Shown: positions 20,594-32,587 of the stretch, piece by piece | Layout: the number at the start of each line of letters is the position of its first letter | How positions within the stretch are numbered: the first letter of the stretch is position 1 | DNA from: Desulfobacterales bacterium | GTDB lineage: Bacteria > Desulfobacterota > Desulfobacteria > Desulfobacterales > UBA5852 | Length of the DNA: 64,000 bases | NCBI GenBank assembly: GCA_963674755.2 | Contig: CAXXVS010000001.1 | Coordinates: 32,001-96,000 of the forward strand | Reading direction: 5' to 3' | Program-made: the position numbers and the translations under genes | The notes under the pieces: model-generated | What the model was told of the DNA's origin: nothing | The model's database searches: none | The model's input: the letters and a program-made list of their open reading frames with translations, nothing else

Positions 20594-20631
20594 CGCCCCG
20601 CCCGGCCTACATCCGGGCGGGGCGTTTTTTT
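20594..20631 (+). terminator. Intrinsic terminator between convergent FG-GAP gene and mutL
   Basis: CGCCCCGCCCGG-loop-CCGGGCGGGGCG followed by T7. Confidence 0.85.
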
Positions 20632-20661
20632 GGCCAAGGGCGCTGTTCGGCATGGGGGTGA

Positions 20662-22443
20662 TCAGGTCTGCCGGCCGAAGGCTTTCTCAAGCGCTCCCTC
20701 GGTCCATTGGATCCAGGTGGGACGTCCGTGGGGGCAGTGGGAAGGATTCTGGCATTCGTCCATCTGCTGCAGAAGCCGGCGGATCTGACGCGGATCCAAG
20801 GCCTGACGGGCCCGGATGGCCCCGTGGCAGGCCATGACTTTCACACTCTCATCCAGAATGGTTTCCGGTGCGGCCTGGCCGCCGCCAGCGAGCGCCTTTT
20901 CCAGAATTTCGCGGATGACCGGGCCGACCTCGCCGTTGATCAGCATGGCCGGGACGGCCTTCACGGCAAAGGTGGTGCCGCCAAAAGGCTCGATTTCGAA
21001 TCCCAAGGGGACCAGGGCCGCCCGCAATGCCTCCAGCAGGGTCGCCTCCCGGTGGCTCAGCTCGATCGTCTCCGGGATCAGAAGCCTTTGGGTGGCGGCG
21101 TTGGCCGTTGCCGTGCGCCGATGGAGCTGCTCGTAGAAGACCCGCTCGTGGGCGGCATGCTGGTCGATGAGCACCAGCCCCTCCTCGGATTCGCAGAGAA
21201 TATAGGTGCGGCGGAACTGGCCGATGACGTTCAGCCGGGCAAAGCGCCCTTGCCGCCAGAGTCCGGTCTGATCGCCTCCCGTCCTGTCGGTCCTCTGGGG
21301 AGGGCTGGCCGATGCGTCCCCCATCGGCCGGCCGGGTCGGATCGGTGGTGTCACGCCTGGCTGCGGCTGGAACCTGGGGCGGTTTTCGGCAATGGCCGTT
21401 TCCCCGGAAGGTGCGAAGGGACGCCGGGCGCTCCCCCCGGGCCGCTGCTGGCGGTCGGCCTGGTCCAGGGCCGCCGCCACGGCGCCGGCCACCAGTCCAT
21501 GAATTTCCCGTGACCGGACAAACCGCACTTCATGTTTGGTGGGATGCACATTGACATCCACCTGGTCGGCGGGCAACGCCAGACAGCATACCACCACCGG
21601 AAACTGCCCCTTCATGAGCCGCTGGCGGTAGCCCTGCATCACGGCGTGCAGCAGGGTGCGGTCCTTGACGGCGCGCCCGTTGACAAATAGATGCACCCCG
21701 CGGGAGGTGCTGCGGTTCACCCGGGGGGCGGCCGCCCAGCCATGGACCCGGGCCACCTCGTTTTCCAACTCAAGGGCATGAAGATCCGGCTGCAGAGCGC
21801 GCCCCAGCACATCGGCCACCCGGTCGATGCTGTCGGCGACGGCCGGCCAGCGGCGGATGGTCTTTCCGTTGTGAACCAGGTTGAAGTCGATTTCCGGATG
21901 GCCCAGGGCCTGGCTGGCCAGGCCGTCGCCGATGTGTCCCATCTCGGTGCTGACGGTTTTGAGAAATTTACGGCGGGCCGGGGTGTTGAAGAAGAGATCC
22001 TGAACCGTCACCAGAGTGCCGGGCGGGGCGCCGGCTTCGCCGACCTTGAGGATCCGGCCGCCTTCCACCCGGATGGCGGTGGCGGCCGCCTGTTCGGCCG
22101 TGCGGGATACCAGGGTCAGCCGGGAGACCGCGGCAATGCTGGGCAGGGCCTCACCGCGAAAGCCCAGGCTGCGGATGGCGAACAGGTCTTCATCCGTGGC
22201 GATCTTGCTGGTGGCGAAGCGCTCCAGGGCCAGCAGGGCGTCGTCGCGATCCATGCCGAGGCCGTCGTCCGCCACCCGGATCAGCCGTCGTCCACCGGCC
22301 TCGACCTCCACCACGATCCGGTGGCCGCGGGCGTCAATGGCGTTTTCCACCAATTCCTTCACCACCGAGGCCGGGCGTTCCACCACCTCCCCGGCGGCAA
22401 TCTTGTTGGAAAGGATATCTGGAAGAATACGAATGCGGGGCAT
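20662..22443 (-). CDS. mutL: DNA mismatch repair endonuclease MutL
   Basis: IAAGEVVERPASVVKELVEN, GFRGEAL, DQHAAHER, CPHGRP. Confidence 0.97.
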   Translation of the reverse strand: MPRIRILPDILSNKIAAGEVVERPASVVKELVENAIDARGHRIVVEVEAGGRRLIRVADDGLGMDRDDALLALERFATSKIATDEDLFAIRSLGFRGEALPSIAAVSRLTLVSRTAEQAAATAIRVEGGRILKVGEAGAPPGTLVTVQDLFFNTPARRKFLKTVSTEMGHIGDGLASQALGHPEIDFNLVHNGKTIRRWPAVADSIDRVADVLGRALQPDLHALELENEVARVHGWAAAPRVNRSTSRGVHLFVNGRAVKDRTLLHAVMQGYRQRLMKGQFPVVVCCLALPADQVDVNVHPTKHEVRFVRSREIHGLVAGAVAAALDQADRQQRPGGSARRPFAPSGETAIAENRPRFQPQPGVTPPIRPGRPMGDASASPPQRTDRTGGDQTGLWRQGRFARLNVIGQFRRTYILCESEEGLVLIDQHAAHERVFYEQLHRRTATANAATQRLLIPETIELSHREATLLEALRAALVPLGFEIEPFGGTTFAVKAVPAMLINGEVGPVIREILEKALAGGGQAAPETILDESVKVMACHGAIRARQALDPRQIRRLLQQMDECQNPSHCPHGRPTWIQWTEGALEKAFGRQT

Positions 22444-22605
22444 AAAAAAAGACCAGTCAGGGACGGATTCGCAAAACGTTCGAGATCAAGGCGCGCAAAT
22501 CCCGGGGAATACCGCTAACGCGCGGCCCGGAGGGCGCCTACACCAGGTACGCCGCAGTAGCGAGGGGTGCCGCGCAACGCCGATATCGGGCGTTTTGCGG
22601 GTTTA

Positions 22606-22785
22606 TCAAAGTTCCTCTTTGACGAACTTGGAGAGAAATTCCACCTCCTGGGGTGAGAGGTTGAATTTGACGGCTGCCTGCTCCACCAATCGGCTGTCGT
22701 TCGCGCTGCTTCCGCTCTGGCGCTCTTCGGAAATCCACTTGACCGCCTTGCGGATCGCTTCGCCCTGGGGCTGGACCGTGCTCAT
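22606..22785 (-). CDS. Small hypothetical protein (59 aa)
   Basis: Read by hand: MSTVQPQGEAIRKAVKWISEERQSGSSANDSRLVEQAAVKFNLSPQEVEFLSKFVKEEL; SD AAGGAG; immediately follows gatA. Confidence 0.75.
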   Translation of the reverse strand: MSTVQPQGEAIRKAVKWISEERQSGSSANDSRLVEQAAVKFNLSPQEVEFLSKFVKEEL

Positions 22786-22797
22786 GGGCTTCTCCTT

Positions 22798-24258
<1,461 letters not shown>

Positions 24259-24358
24259 GCATTGGCTTCCTATCGCTGTGGACCGTGGAGCGTGCCCCCT
24301 CCGGCGGCCAGTGCGTTTCTTGTAAAACCCGTTTCAGGAAACTTTTCCGGCGGCGCGG

Positions 24359-24646
24359 TCACCCGATAACCCGGGGCACAAGGAAGGTTTCCTCGTCCCG
24401 TTCCGGTGCGTTGGCCAGAGCGGCCTCCCGGTCCAGGTGGGGGCGCCGTTCGTCCTGCCGCAAAGGCGTGGTCAGGGAGACGGCATGGGCCGTGGGGGCA
24501 ATCCCTTCGGTGTCGACCCGATTGAGGGTTTCCATATAGTTCAGAATGCCATCTAATTGTTGCGCCATCGTGTCGAGCACGTCGTCCGGCAGGTCCAAAC
24601 GGGCCAGGCCGGCCACGTGGCGTACTTCTTCTCGGGTAATACTCAT
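24359..24646 (-). CDS. gatC: Amidotransferase subunit C
   Basis: EEVRHVAGLARL...FLVPRVI; directly upstream of gatA. Confidence 0.96.
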   Translation of the reverse strand: MSITREEVRHVAGLARLDLPDDVLDTMAQQLDGILNYMETLNRVDTEGIAPTAHAVSLTTPLRQDERRPHLDREAALANAPERDEETFLVPRVIG

Positions 24647-24694
24647 GATAACAGGTCCCTGGTTGTATCGATGTTGTCGGGTTGGCCCGCTACT

Positions 24695-25444
24695 TTAGCG
24701 CGAGACCAGAATGGGTTGCAACCCCTTGGCTTCCAAAGCACGGATCGTCGCCCGGGCTGCCTGGCGATCGGCGAAGCGGCCCACCTGAACCCGGAACCAA
24801 CGGCCTTTTCCGGGAAGCGTTACCGCTGTTTGAAGCGCTTGATACCCTTCCCGCCGCAGACGGGCCACCATTTCGTCGGCCATCGTGGCATCCCGCAGGG
24901 AGGCGACCTGGAGAGTGAACGCCCCGGCGGAAGAAGGCGGTGCCGCGGCGGTGGATGCTTTCTGCTCCGGGGCCGGTTTGCGGACAGCGGCTTTGGCCGC
25001 CTTCGGCTGCAGTCCGGCCATGCGCCGTTTGATGGGAACATCGTCCGGGGCCGGGCCGGTATCGTCACTTTCCGGCGCGTCGGGCGGCGTGACAGCGGTC
25101 GGCTGGGGCGGCGAGCGTGCCAGGTTGGGATCAACGGTCACCTTGTCCCCCGACGCTTTCAACGCTTCATAAAAATCCAGGTCGGATTTGCTCTCGATGG
25201 CTTTGGAATAGTGTTCCAGCTGCTGGGCTTCCTGGTCTTGCACCTGGGCCCGCAGGGTCTGGAGATCCTGGCCGAGCTTTTTCATGTCGAAGCGCACCGG
25301 GGCGGTACCCCGCCCCACCAGGATCCCGAGGAAAAACGTCCAGGCGCAGGCCGCCAGAAACAGGGCCACACATCCCACAACACCCCGTCGGGAGAGCTGC
25401 CAGACGGGTTTGGGTTTCGGGGTGGTGGTTCGGGGTTTTGCCAT
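24695..25444 (-). CDS. SPOR domain cell-division protein (FtsN-like)
   Basis: N-terminal TM, Pro/Ala linker, FTLQVASL...WFRVQVGRF SPOR motifs; downstream of argS. Confidence 0.85.
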   Translation of the reverse strand: MAKPRTTTPKPKPVWQLSRRGVVGCVALFLAACAWTFFLGILVGRGTAPVRFDMKKLGQDLQTLRAQVQDQEAQQLEHYSKAIESKSDLDFYEALKASGDKVTVDPNLARSPPQPTAVTPPDAPESDDTGPAPDDVPIKRRMAGLQPKAAKAAVRKPAPEQKASTAAAPPSSAGAFTLQVASLRDATMADEMVARLRREGYQALQTAVTLPGKGRWFRVQVGRFADRQAARATIRALEAKGLQPILVSR

Positions 25445-25510
25445 CTTGCTTGCCGGGTCGGATCGCCGGGAATAAGGCTTGCTGTCGGTATAAAGGGCTG
25501 CCGCTCTGGT

Positions 25511-27178
25511 TTACATACGCTCCGGGGCGGAAACCCCCAGCAGGGTCAGACCGTTGCGGATGACCTTTTGCACCGCCGTCACCAGGTAAAGGCGGCCCCG
25601 GGTGGCGATGGGATCTTCGGTCAAGACCCGCTGCCGGTTATAATAGGAATGAAACGCCCCCGCAAGGGTCATCAGATAAAAGGTTACCCGGTGGGGTTCC
25701 ATAAACCGGGCACTGGCATCGACGATTTCCGGAAAGCGGTTCAAGTGTTTGATCAGCTGAATGTCTTCCAGGGTCGTCAGGGTCGCGAGGGCCTCGGGAT
25801 CCAGAGAATCGCCGGCCGGTCGCTCGGCTTCGGCCTTGCGGCGGATGCTGGCGATGCGGGCGTGGACGTACTGGACATAGTAGACCGGGTTGTCGTTGGT
25901 TTTTTGCTTGGCCACTTCGAGATCGAAATCCAAGGGGCTGTCGTAGTGGCGGGTCAGAAAAAGGAAGCGGGCGGCATCGCGCCCCACTTCCCGGACCACG
26001 TCCTGCAGGGTCACGAACTCGCCGGCCCGGGTGGACATGGCCACCGGTTCGCCGCCGCGCAGCAGATTGACCAATTGCACCAAAATGACCTGGAAACGCT
26101 CGGGTGCCGTTCCGGTGGCTTCCACGGCCGCTTTCATGCGTGGGATGTAGCCATGGTGATCGGCGCCCCAGACATCGATCACCCGGTCGAATCCCCGTTC
26201 GAATTTTTCCTGGTGATAGGCGATGTCCGAGGCGAAATAGGTGGTGATGCCGTTGTTGCGCACCACCACCCGGTCTTTTTCATCGCCGAAGGCGGTGCTT
26301 GTAAACCACAGGGCGCCGTCTTTCTCGTAGACCAGCTTTTCCCCCCGCAGCTTGGCAATGCAGGCGTCCACGCGGCCGGAGTCATACAGGCTCTGCTCGC
26401 TGAACCACTGGTCGAAGGTTACGCCGAAGGCCGACAGGTCCTCCCGAATGCCTTCGATGATCAGGCCGGCGGCATAACGGGCACAGGCGGTGATGGCCTC
26501 CTCCTCGCTTTGGGCACGCAGCCGGTCGCCGTCGCGCTCTTTCAGGGATTTGGCCAGGTCCACAATGTAATCGCCCTGGTAGCAGGTTTCCGGAAAAGCC
26601 ACGGTTTCGCCGAATAATTCCCGGTAGCGCAGCAGCACGGACAGGCCCAGGGTCCTGATCTGGCGTCCGGAGTCATTGATATAGTATTCCCGCTGGATTT
26701 CGTAGCCGCTGAAGGCCAGGATGCGGGCCACGCTGTCGCCCACGGCCGCCCCCCGCCCATGGCCCACATGCAGCGGGCCGGTGGGGTTGGAGCTGACGAA
26801 TTCCACCTGGATTTTGCGGCCTTCGCCAAGGGCGGAGGACCCGTAGCGCTCGTCGGCCGCATGGATGGTCTCCAACACCGGCCACCAGGCATGCGGCGCG
26901 ATGGAGAAGTTGATAAACCCCGGTCCGGCGATGTCGACCTTTTGAATCCAGTCCGCGCTGCCTTCCAGATACGGCTTGAGAATTTCGGCGATCTTGCGGG
27001 GCGCCATTTTTTGGACCTTGGCCATGATCAGGGCCAGGTTGGTTGCAAAATCCCCATGGGCGTCATTTTTCGGTTCTTCGATATCGATTTCCGGGAAGGC
27101 CTCGGAGGGAAGCTGCCCGTCTGCGTAGGCCTGGCGTGCGGCCGTCCGGACAATATGCTGGAGTTTATCTTTCATCAT
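25511..27178 (-). CDS. argS: Arginine--tRNA ligase
   Basis: [44 protein letters not shown]. Confidence 0.98.
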   Translation of the reverse strand: MMKDKLQHIVRTAARQAYADGQLPSEAFPEIDIEEPKNDAHGDFATNLALIMAKVQKMAPRKIAEILKPYLEGSADWIQKVDIAGPGFINFSIAPHAWWPVLETIHAADERYGSSALGEGRKIQVEFVSSNPTGPLHVGHGRGAAVGDSVARILAFSGYEIQREYYINDSGRQIRTLGLSVLLRYRELFGETVAFPETCYQGDYIVDLAKSLKERDGDRLRAQSEEEAITACARYAAGLIIEGIREDLSAFGVTFDQWFSEQSLYDSGRVDACIAKLRGEKLVYEKDGALWFTSTAFGDEKDRVVVRNNGITTYFASDIAYHQEKFERGFDRVIDVWGADHHGYIPRMKAAVEATGTAPERFQVILVQLVNLLRGGEPVAMSTRAGEFVTLQDVVREVGRDAARFLFLTRHYDSPLDFDLEVAKQKTNDNPVYYVQYVHARIASIRRKAEAERPAGDSLDPEALATLTTLEDIQLIKHLNRFPEIVDASARFMEPHRVTFYLMTLAGAFHSYYNRQRVLTEDPIATRGRLYLVTAVQKVIRNGLTLLGVSAPERM

Positions 27179-27198
27179 GCGTCTGCAGGATCTCCCTA

Positions 27199-27340
27199 TT
27201 GCCCATCCACAAATGGCATCTTTCGGTCCCGGCCGGCGTTTGCGCTCATTGGGAATCCTCGCCGTAGCGGGCTAGGCCTGCGGTTTCCCATTCGTTGCCG
27301 CCTTGGCCGGAACCAAAACCGACCATCTCTGGACGGACAC
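27199..27340. repeat. MITE-like palindromic repeat, copy 1
   Basis: Imperfect terminal inverted repeats TGCCCATCCACAAATGG... / ...CCATCTCTGGACGGACAC; ends resemble those of the copy at 34587-34784. Confidence 0.7.
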
Positions 27341-27541
27341 TTCATAGAATACAAACGGCGGACGCAGCACATTCGTTTGTCCGCCGCAGGGTTGGTTTTG
27401 GTTGCCGATGGGCATGGCTGCAGGCTGCCGGTCCGGCCATGCGGCTTCGGCAACCTGAAAAATTTCCTATCGCACAATTGCAGCGGCTTTTCAAGACATG
27501 GTTCGGCCAAGCGCGACCTGCTCTCGGGCGCCAATACCGCC

Positions 27542-27570
27542 TTGACAAGCCGATGGGCTTCCCATAGATA
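27542..27570 (+). promoter_or_regulatory. Sigma70-like promoter of cbiK operon
   Basis: TTGACA-N17-TAGATA just before the riboswitch. Confidence 0.6.
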
Positions 27571-27580
27571 GGAGCGATCA

Positions 27581-27733
27581 AGGTGCCTATGGGCTCAATA
27601 GGGAATCCCGTGTGATTCGGGAGCGGTCCCGCCGCTGTAACCGGGGACGAACCCCGACAGTTCCACCGCCGCAGATATGTTGGGCGGGAAGGGTCGGGCG
27701 ATAGGATGATCCGGAAGCCAGAAGACCTGCCTT
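27581..27733 (+). promoter_or_regulatory. Cobalamin riboswitch
   Basis: AGGTG...AATAGGGAA...CGGTCCCGCCGCTGTAA...CCAC...GGGAAGG...AGCCAGAAGACCTGCC (B12 box); upstream of cobalt chelatase/transport genes. Confidence 0.95.
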
Positions 27734-27812
27734 GGGAAACGGGTTCTGCCTTTGCGGAGCGTCATCGACAGCGGCAGCCGGGATAGACATAGAGGGCCAA
27801 GTAAACGGGTGC

Positions 27813-27847
27813 AACCCTTCAAGCCGATTCGCTTGAAGGGTTTTTTT
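27813..27847 (+). terminator. Leader terminator (riboswitch expression platform)
   Basis: AACCCTTCAAGC-CGATTC-GCTTGAAGGGTT followed by a T run, between the aptamer and cbiK. Confidence 0.8.
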
Positions 27848-27943
27848 ATTGGCATGGTGAATGATGTCTTGAAATGGCCGACCGCGGAGCGCTTCAAAAA
27901 GGGATACCCTACTATCAACTTTTTTTAGCGAGGAGATTAAAAA

Positions 27944-28828
27944 ATGATGCAAAGAAGGTGGTTGGGAGTCGCCGCGGGACTGATGGTGGTATTGTTCATG
28001 GCGACCGCGGTTATGGCCAGTGCGGGGCACGGTGAAAAGCACCCCAAGAAGGTGGGCATTCTGCTGGTGGCTTTCGGTTCCAGTGAAGCATCGGCCCAGG
28101 TGTCCTTCGACAACATCGATCGCAAGGTCAAAGAAGCTTACCCAGGTATACCGGTGCGCTGGGCGTATACCTCCCACATCATCCGCAACAAGCTCGCCAA
28201 ACAGGGCAAAATGCTGGACTCTCCGGAAGTGGCCCTGGCCAAGATGCGGGATGAAAAGTTTACCCATGTGGCCGTGGCTTCCCTGCACACGATCCCAGGG
28301 GCCGAATACCACGATTTGCGGCGTTCCGTCGGTGCCTTCAAGGTAATGGGCGGTTTCGAACGGGTCATCCTGGCCTACCCTCTCATGGCCACCCAGGAGG
28401 ATATGGTGCGCGTTGTGGATGGCATCCTGGCCACCATCCCCAAGGAACGCAAAAAGGATGAGGCCGTCGTGCTGATGGGGCACGGCACCCATCATCCCTC
28501 CAATGCCTTTTACGCCGCCCTCATGTTCCAGCTCCAGCTCCGCGACCCCAACATCCTTGTGGGCACGGTGGAGGGCTACCCCGACCTGGATCTGATCCAG
28601 GAGCTGTTGCGCAAGAAGAAGATCAAGAAGCTCTATCTGATGCCCTTCATGTCCGTGGCTGGCGATCATGCCAAAAACGACATGGCCGGTGACGAGGACG
28701 ATTCATGGAAATCGATACTGACCAAAGCCGGATTCGAATGCGTGCCCGTGCTGAAGGGAACAGCCGAATACGATGAATTTGCCGATATCTGGGTCGACCA
28801 TGTCGGTGGCCCTTTGAGCCACTTCTAG
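27944..28828 (+). CDS. cbiK: Sirohydrochlorin cobaltochelatase with signal peptide (periplasmic CbiK-P type)
   Basis: ILLVAFGSS, WAYTS, SLHTIPGAEYH, LMGHGT, PFMSVAGDHAKNDMAG; N-terminal signal peptide. Confidence 0.92.
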   Translation: MMQRRWLGVAAGLMVVLFMATAVMASAGHGEKHPKKVGILLVAFGSSEASAQVSFDNIDRKVKEAYPGIPVRWAYTSHIIRNKLAKQGKMLDSPEVALAKMRDEKFTHVAVASLHTIPGAEYHDLRRSVGAFKVMGGFERVILAYPLMATQEDMVRVVDGILATIPKERKKDEAVVLMGHGTHHPSNAFYAALMFQLQLRDPNILVGTVEGYPDLDLIQELLRKKKIKKLYLMPFMSVAGDHAKNDMAGDEDDSWKSILTKAGFECVPVLKGTAEYDEFADIWVDHVGGPLSHF

Positions 28829-28943
28829 CCGGTTCCTGCTGTTTTCCGATGGCAACCGCGATCGGATGACAGTAGGCGTCCATAAAAAGGAGACCGGTCG
28901 GGCCGGTTCGGCAAACGCTTGCCGGGTCGGCCCGATGCGATTG

Positions 28944-30041
28944 ATGATGAACACCGCCCCGATACCCGGCCGAACCACCGCCCAGGAAATTGCGGGAGCC
29001 GCGGATGGCGCTGATCCCGGCCGTCCGGCAGGTTGGACGATGGCCGGCCTCATCGTTTTGTTGGCCGGCGCAGTGGTGGTCGCGGCCTCTTTGGGCTATG
29101 TTCGGCTGCCGTTTGCGGCCGTGGTCAAGATCATGGCGGCCCGCCTGCTGCACCAGCCCGATTGGCTGGAGGCCTTTAACCCGGTCTGGCCGGTGGTGGT
29201 TACCGAGGTGCGTCTGCCCCGCATTCTGTGCTCGGCCGTGGTGGGGGCCGGCCTGGCCATGTGCGGGGTTGTTTTCCAGGGCATCCTGCTCAACCCCCTG
29301 GCCGATCCCTACACGCTAGGTGTTTCGGCCGGGGCGGCCTTCGGGGCGGCCGTGGCCCTGCTGATCAATATCAGCCTGCTGGGCACCTTTTCAGTTCCGC
29401 TGTTTGCTTTTGCCGGTGCGGTGGCGACTTTGTTCGTGGTGATCTATCTGTCTTCCGACGGCAGTGGCTTTTCCTCCACCAACCTGATTCTATCCGGTAT
29501 CATCGTGGCTGCCATCCTTTCGGCCGGCCTCAGTTTCATCAAATACATGGCCGACGAGCAGGTGAGCGTGATCATCTTCTGGCTCATGGGCAGTTTTGCC
29601 GCCCGGACCTGGGCCGATGTGGGCCTGGTGGCATCCGCCGTAGGCCTGGGGACCGTCGCCTGCACCTATTTCGCGCGGGATTTGAATCTTTTGGCGCTGG
29701 GCGAACGGCCGGCGGCCTCCCTGGGCGTCGACTTCCGGCGGGTCACCCTGGTGTTGCTGGTCACGGCCTCCCTGGTGGCGGCGGTGTGCGTGGCCGTCTC
29801 CGGCATCATCGGGTTCGTGGGACTGCTGGTGCCTCACCTCATGCGCATGCTGGTGGGGCCGGACAACCGCCGCCTGTTGCCGGCCTCCCTGCTCAGCGGG
29901 GCGCTGCTCCTGCTGGCGGCCGACACCCTCACCCGGGCGATCCTGCCCGAGGAGATCCCCATCGGGGTGCTGACGGCCCTCGTGGGAGGGCCTTTTTTCT
30001 GTTACATCTTTCGGCGTCGTCAAAGGGAGCGGGCCCTATGA
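28944..30041 (+). CDS. FecCD/BtuC-family ABC permease
   Basis: VRLPRI, NPLADPYTLGVSAGA, IGFVGLLVPH, GGPFF; start uncertain (ORF from 28866). Confidence 0.9.
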   Translation: MMNTAPIPGRTTAQEIAGAADGADPGRPAGWTMAGLIVLLAGAVVVAASLGYVRLPFAAVVKIMAARLLHQPDWLEAFNPVWPVVVTEVRLPRILCSAVVGAGLAMCGVVFQGILLNPLADPYTLGVSAGAAFGAAVALLINISLLGTFSVPLFAFAGAVATLFVVIYLSSDGSGFSSTNLILSGIIVAAILSAGLSFIKYMADEQVSVIIFWLMGSFAARTWADVGLVASAVGLGTVACTYFARDLNLLALGERPAASLGVDFRRVTLVLLVTASLVAAVCVAVSGIIGFVGLLVPHLMRMLVGPDNRRLLPASLLSGALLLLAADTLTRAILPEEIPIGVLTALVGGPFFCYIFRRRQRERAL

Positions 30042-30826
30042 CCGCCGCCACCCCTTTATTCGAGGTGGCCGATCTGCAGTTTGGCTATGCGCGCGGCCCT
30101 GTTCTGGAAGGGGTGAGCTTCACCCTGACGGCCGGGTGCTTCTACGGTTTGCTGGGCCCCAACGGCTGCGGCAAAACCACGCTGCTGGATTTGCTGGCGG
30201 GTCTGAAGCGGCCTGCCAGTGGTCATATTCGCTTCCGGGGGCGCCCCCTCGATGCTTACGGCCGCCGGCAACTGGCCCGGGAGATCGCCCTCGTGCCCCA
30301 GAATTTTTACATCAATTTCCCGTTTGCCGTTCACGAGGTGGTCATGATGGGCCGCTATCCGCATCTCGGGCGCTTTGCCCGGCCCGGGGAGGAAGACCTC
30401 CGCCTCGTCCAGGAAGCCCTGGATGCGGCCAACATGGGCCGGTTGGCGAACCGGCCGGTAACCGCCCTGAGCGGGGGCGAGCGCCAGCGGGTGATTTTCG
30501 CCCGGGCCCTGGCCCAGAACACCGACATGCTCATGCTCGACGAGGCTACCTCCAATCTCGATATCCGGCATACCCTGGGGCTGCTCAGCCGCGCCCGGGA
30601 GCGGGTCCGTCAGGGACAGCTGACGGTCCTGGCCGTATTCCAGGATATCAACCTGGCGGCCCTGTATTGCGACGAACTTTTATTTCTCCAGGCGGGCGGT
30701 CTGGTCGCCCAGGGGCCGACCGACGATGTCCTGCGGGCAGATATCCTGGAGAAAGTCTACGGGGTTGACGGCCATATCCGGCCCCACGCGGAATACGGCC
30801 TGCCCCAGGTGGATTTCAGACGATGA
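30038..30826 (+). CDS. FecE/BtuD-type ABC ATP-binding protein
   Basis: GPNGCGKTT, LSGGERQR, MLDEATSNLD; ATGA overlap with the permease. Confidence 0.9.
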   Translation: MTAATPLFEVADLQFGYARGPVLEGVSFTLTAGCFYGLLGPNGCGKTTLLDLLAGLKRPASGHIRFRGRPLDAYGRRQLAREIALVPQNFYINFPFAVHEVVMMGRYPHLGRFARPGEEDLRLVQEALDAANMGRLANRPVTALSGGERQRVIFARALAQNTDMLMLDEATSNLDIRHTLGLLSRARERVRQGQLTVLAVFQDINLAALYCDELLFLQAGGLVAQGPTDDVLRADILEKVYGVDGHIRPHAEYGLPQVDFRR

Positions 30827-31857
30827 AGCGGTTGCTTGCCATAACCTGTTGCCTGTTGGCGATCGCCGCTGCGGCCCTGGCCGCCGGTTCAAAGGGCGGG
30901 AGCGGTGGGCCCACCCTGACCCAGTTGACCGATGCGGCCGGACGGACGGTGTCTCTCGCCCAACCGTTTACCCGGATAATTTCCCTCTATGGCGCGCACA
31001 CCGAAAATCTGCTCGCCCTGGGGGCCGGCCGGGAGGTTATCGGCGTTACCCGGCACGATACCGAATTCCCAGCGGCGCAGGGCAAAGCGGTGTTTTCCTA
31101 CCATGACGGCCTGGAGCGCTTCCTGGCGGCCAATCCGGATCTGGTGCTGATCCGTCCCATGATCGATCGGGGCTATGCACCGTTGGTGGCGGGTCTGGAA
31201 AAGCACGGTATCACCGTGGTGTCCCTGCAGCCCGGCACGGTCGAAGAGATGATGACTTACTGGCGCATTTTGGGGGCACTGAGCGGCCGGCGGCTGCAGG
31301 CCGAGCGCATGGTCGCGGCCTTCCAGCAGGCCGTGGCCGATTTCCGGACCCTGGCAGCTCCCATCCGCCACCGGAAGCGGGTCTATTTCGAGGCCATCCA
31401 CAAACGCATGAAAACCTTTACCCCCGGCTCCATGCCGATTTTCGCCCTGGAAACGGCCGGCGGCATCAATATCGCGGCCGATGCCGATCAAGTGCGCACG
31501 ACCAATATTGCCTACTACGGCAAAGAGCGGCTTTTGAGCCGGGCCGCCGAAATCGATGTCTACCTGGCCCAGCGCGGCCCCATGAACCAGGCCACGCCGG
31601 CCTTGATCCGGGGCGAACCCGGCTTTGCAATCATCAAGGCGATCCGGGAAAACCAGGTGTTCATCATCGATGAAGCCATCGTGGCGCGTCCCACCTGGCG
31701 GCTGTTGCAAGGCATCCAGGCGATCGGCACGCTCCTCTACCCGGACCAGTTCGGCGCCAACGGGGCGCGTATCCTGCAAGCTGCCGAGGCCGCACGGGAG
31801 GCCGCCGGCGCAGCACCTTATTCAAATTCAAGCAAAGCGAAGGTCTCTTATGAATGA
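30823..31857 (+). CDS. Periplasmic binding protein (BtuF/FepB class)
   Basis: Signal peptide, TDAAGRTV...RIISLYGAHTENL, NPDLVL. Confidence 0.88.
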   Translation: MKRLLAITCCLLAIAAAALAAGSKGGSGGPTLTQLTDAAGRTVSLAQPFTRIISLYGAHTENLLALGAGREVIGVTRHDTEFPAAQGKAVFSYHDGLERFLAANPDLVLIRPMIDRGYAPLVAGLEKHGITVVSLQPGTVEEMMTYWRILGALSGRRLQAERMVAAFQQAVADFRTLAAPIRHRKRVYFEAIHKRMKTFTPGSMPIFALETAGGINIAADADQVRTTNIAYYGKERLLSRAAEIDVYLAQRGPMNQATPALIRGEPGFAIIKAIRENQVFIIDEAIVARPTWRLLQGIQAIGTLLYPDQFGANGARILQAAEAAREAAGAAPYSNSSKAKVSYE

Positions 31858-32587
31858 AAAATTAGGCAAACTTTACGGCATCGGGGTGGGTCCCGGCGAT
31901 CCGGATCTGCTGACCCTGAAGGCGGTCAAGGTGCTGCAACAGGTGTCGGTGGTCTTTACGGCGGCCTCTTCCAAGAACGACTACAGTCTCGCCCTGGAAA
32001 TTGCGCGCCCCCATATCCCCGCAGATGCCCGCGTGCATCCCCTGGCCTTTCCCATGACCCGGGATATCGAGGCCAAGCAGGCCGCCTGGGCCGCCAATGC
32101 CGACATCGTGGCCGACTACCTGTTGCAGGGACGGGATGCGGCCTTTCTCACCCTGGGGGATTCCCTGACGTTTTCCACGTTCGGCTATTTGCTGCGCCAG
32201 ATCGGGGCGCGCTACCCGGACATTCCGGTGGAGACCGTTTCCGGCATCACCTCGTATCAGGCGGCGGCCGCGGCCCTCAACATGCCGCTGGTGGAGGGCG
32301 AGGAGTCGCTGCTGGTCCTGTCCGGCGCCGAGGGAGGCAACCGCCTGCGGGAACAGACCTGCCAACCGGACAATGTGGTTTTCATGAAAGCCTACCGCAA
32401 TATTCCCAGCATCTGCGAGGCGCTGGACGAAGCCGGGATGCTCGGCCAGGCGGCCGGCGTGGTGAGCTGCTCCCTGCCCGGCGAGGAACTGGTGCGGGAT
32501 GTAAAAACCCTGTTGCACCGGGAACCCAATTACTGGACCCTGATCATTGCCAAAAAGTCCCCCTCGAATGGCGCGCCGCAGAAATAG
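31850..32587 (+). CDS. cbiL: Cobalt-precorrin-2 C20-methyltransferase (CbiL/CobI)
   Basis: LYGIGVGPGDPDLLTLKA, FLTLGD, GITSY. Confidence 0.9.
   Translation: MNEKLGKLYGIGVGPGDPDLLTLKAVKVLQQVSVVFTAASSKNDYSLALEIARPHIPADARVHPLAFPMTRDIEAKQAAWAANADIVADYLLQGRDAAFLTLGDSLTFSTFGYLLRQIGARYPDIPVETVSGITSYQAAAAALNMPLVEGEESLLVLSGAEGGNRLREQTCQPDNVVFMKAYRNIPSICEALDEAGMLGQAAGVVSCSLPGEELVRDVKTLLHREPNYWTLIIAKKSPSNGAPQK

Noticed and set aside
24557..26617. 686-aa plus-strand ORF (and similar long ORFs 4350-5900, 16892-18421, 27587-28669)
   Set aside because: Antisense to well-supported genes; an expected artefact of high-GC codon usage.
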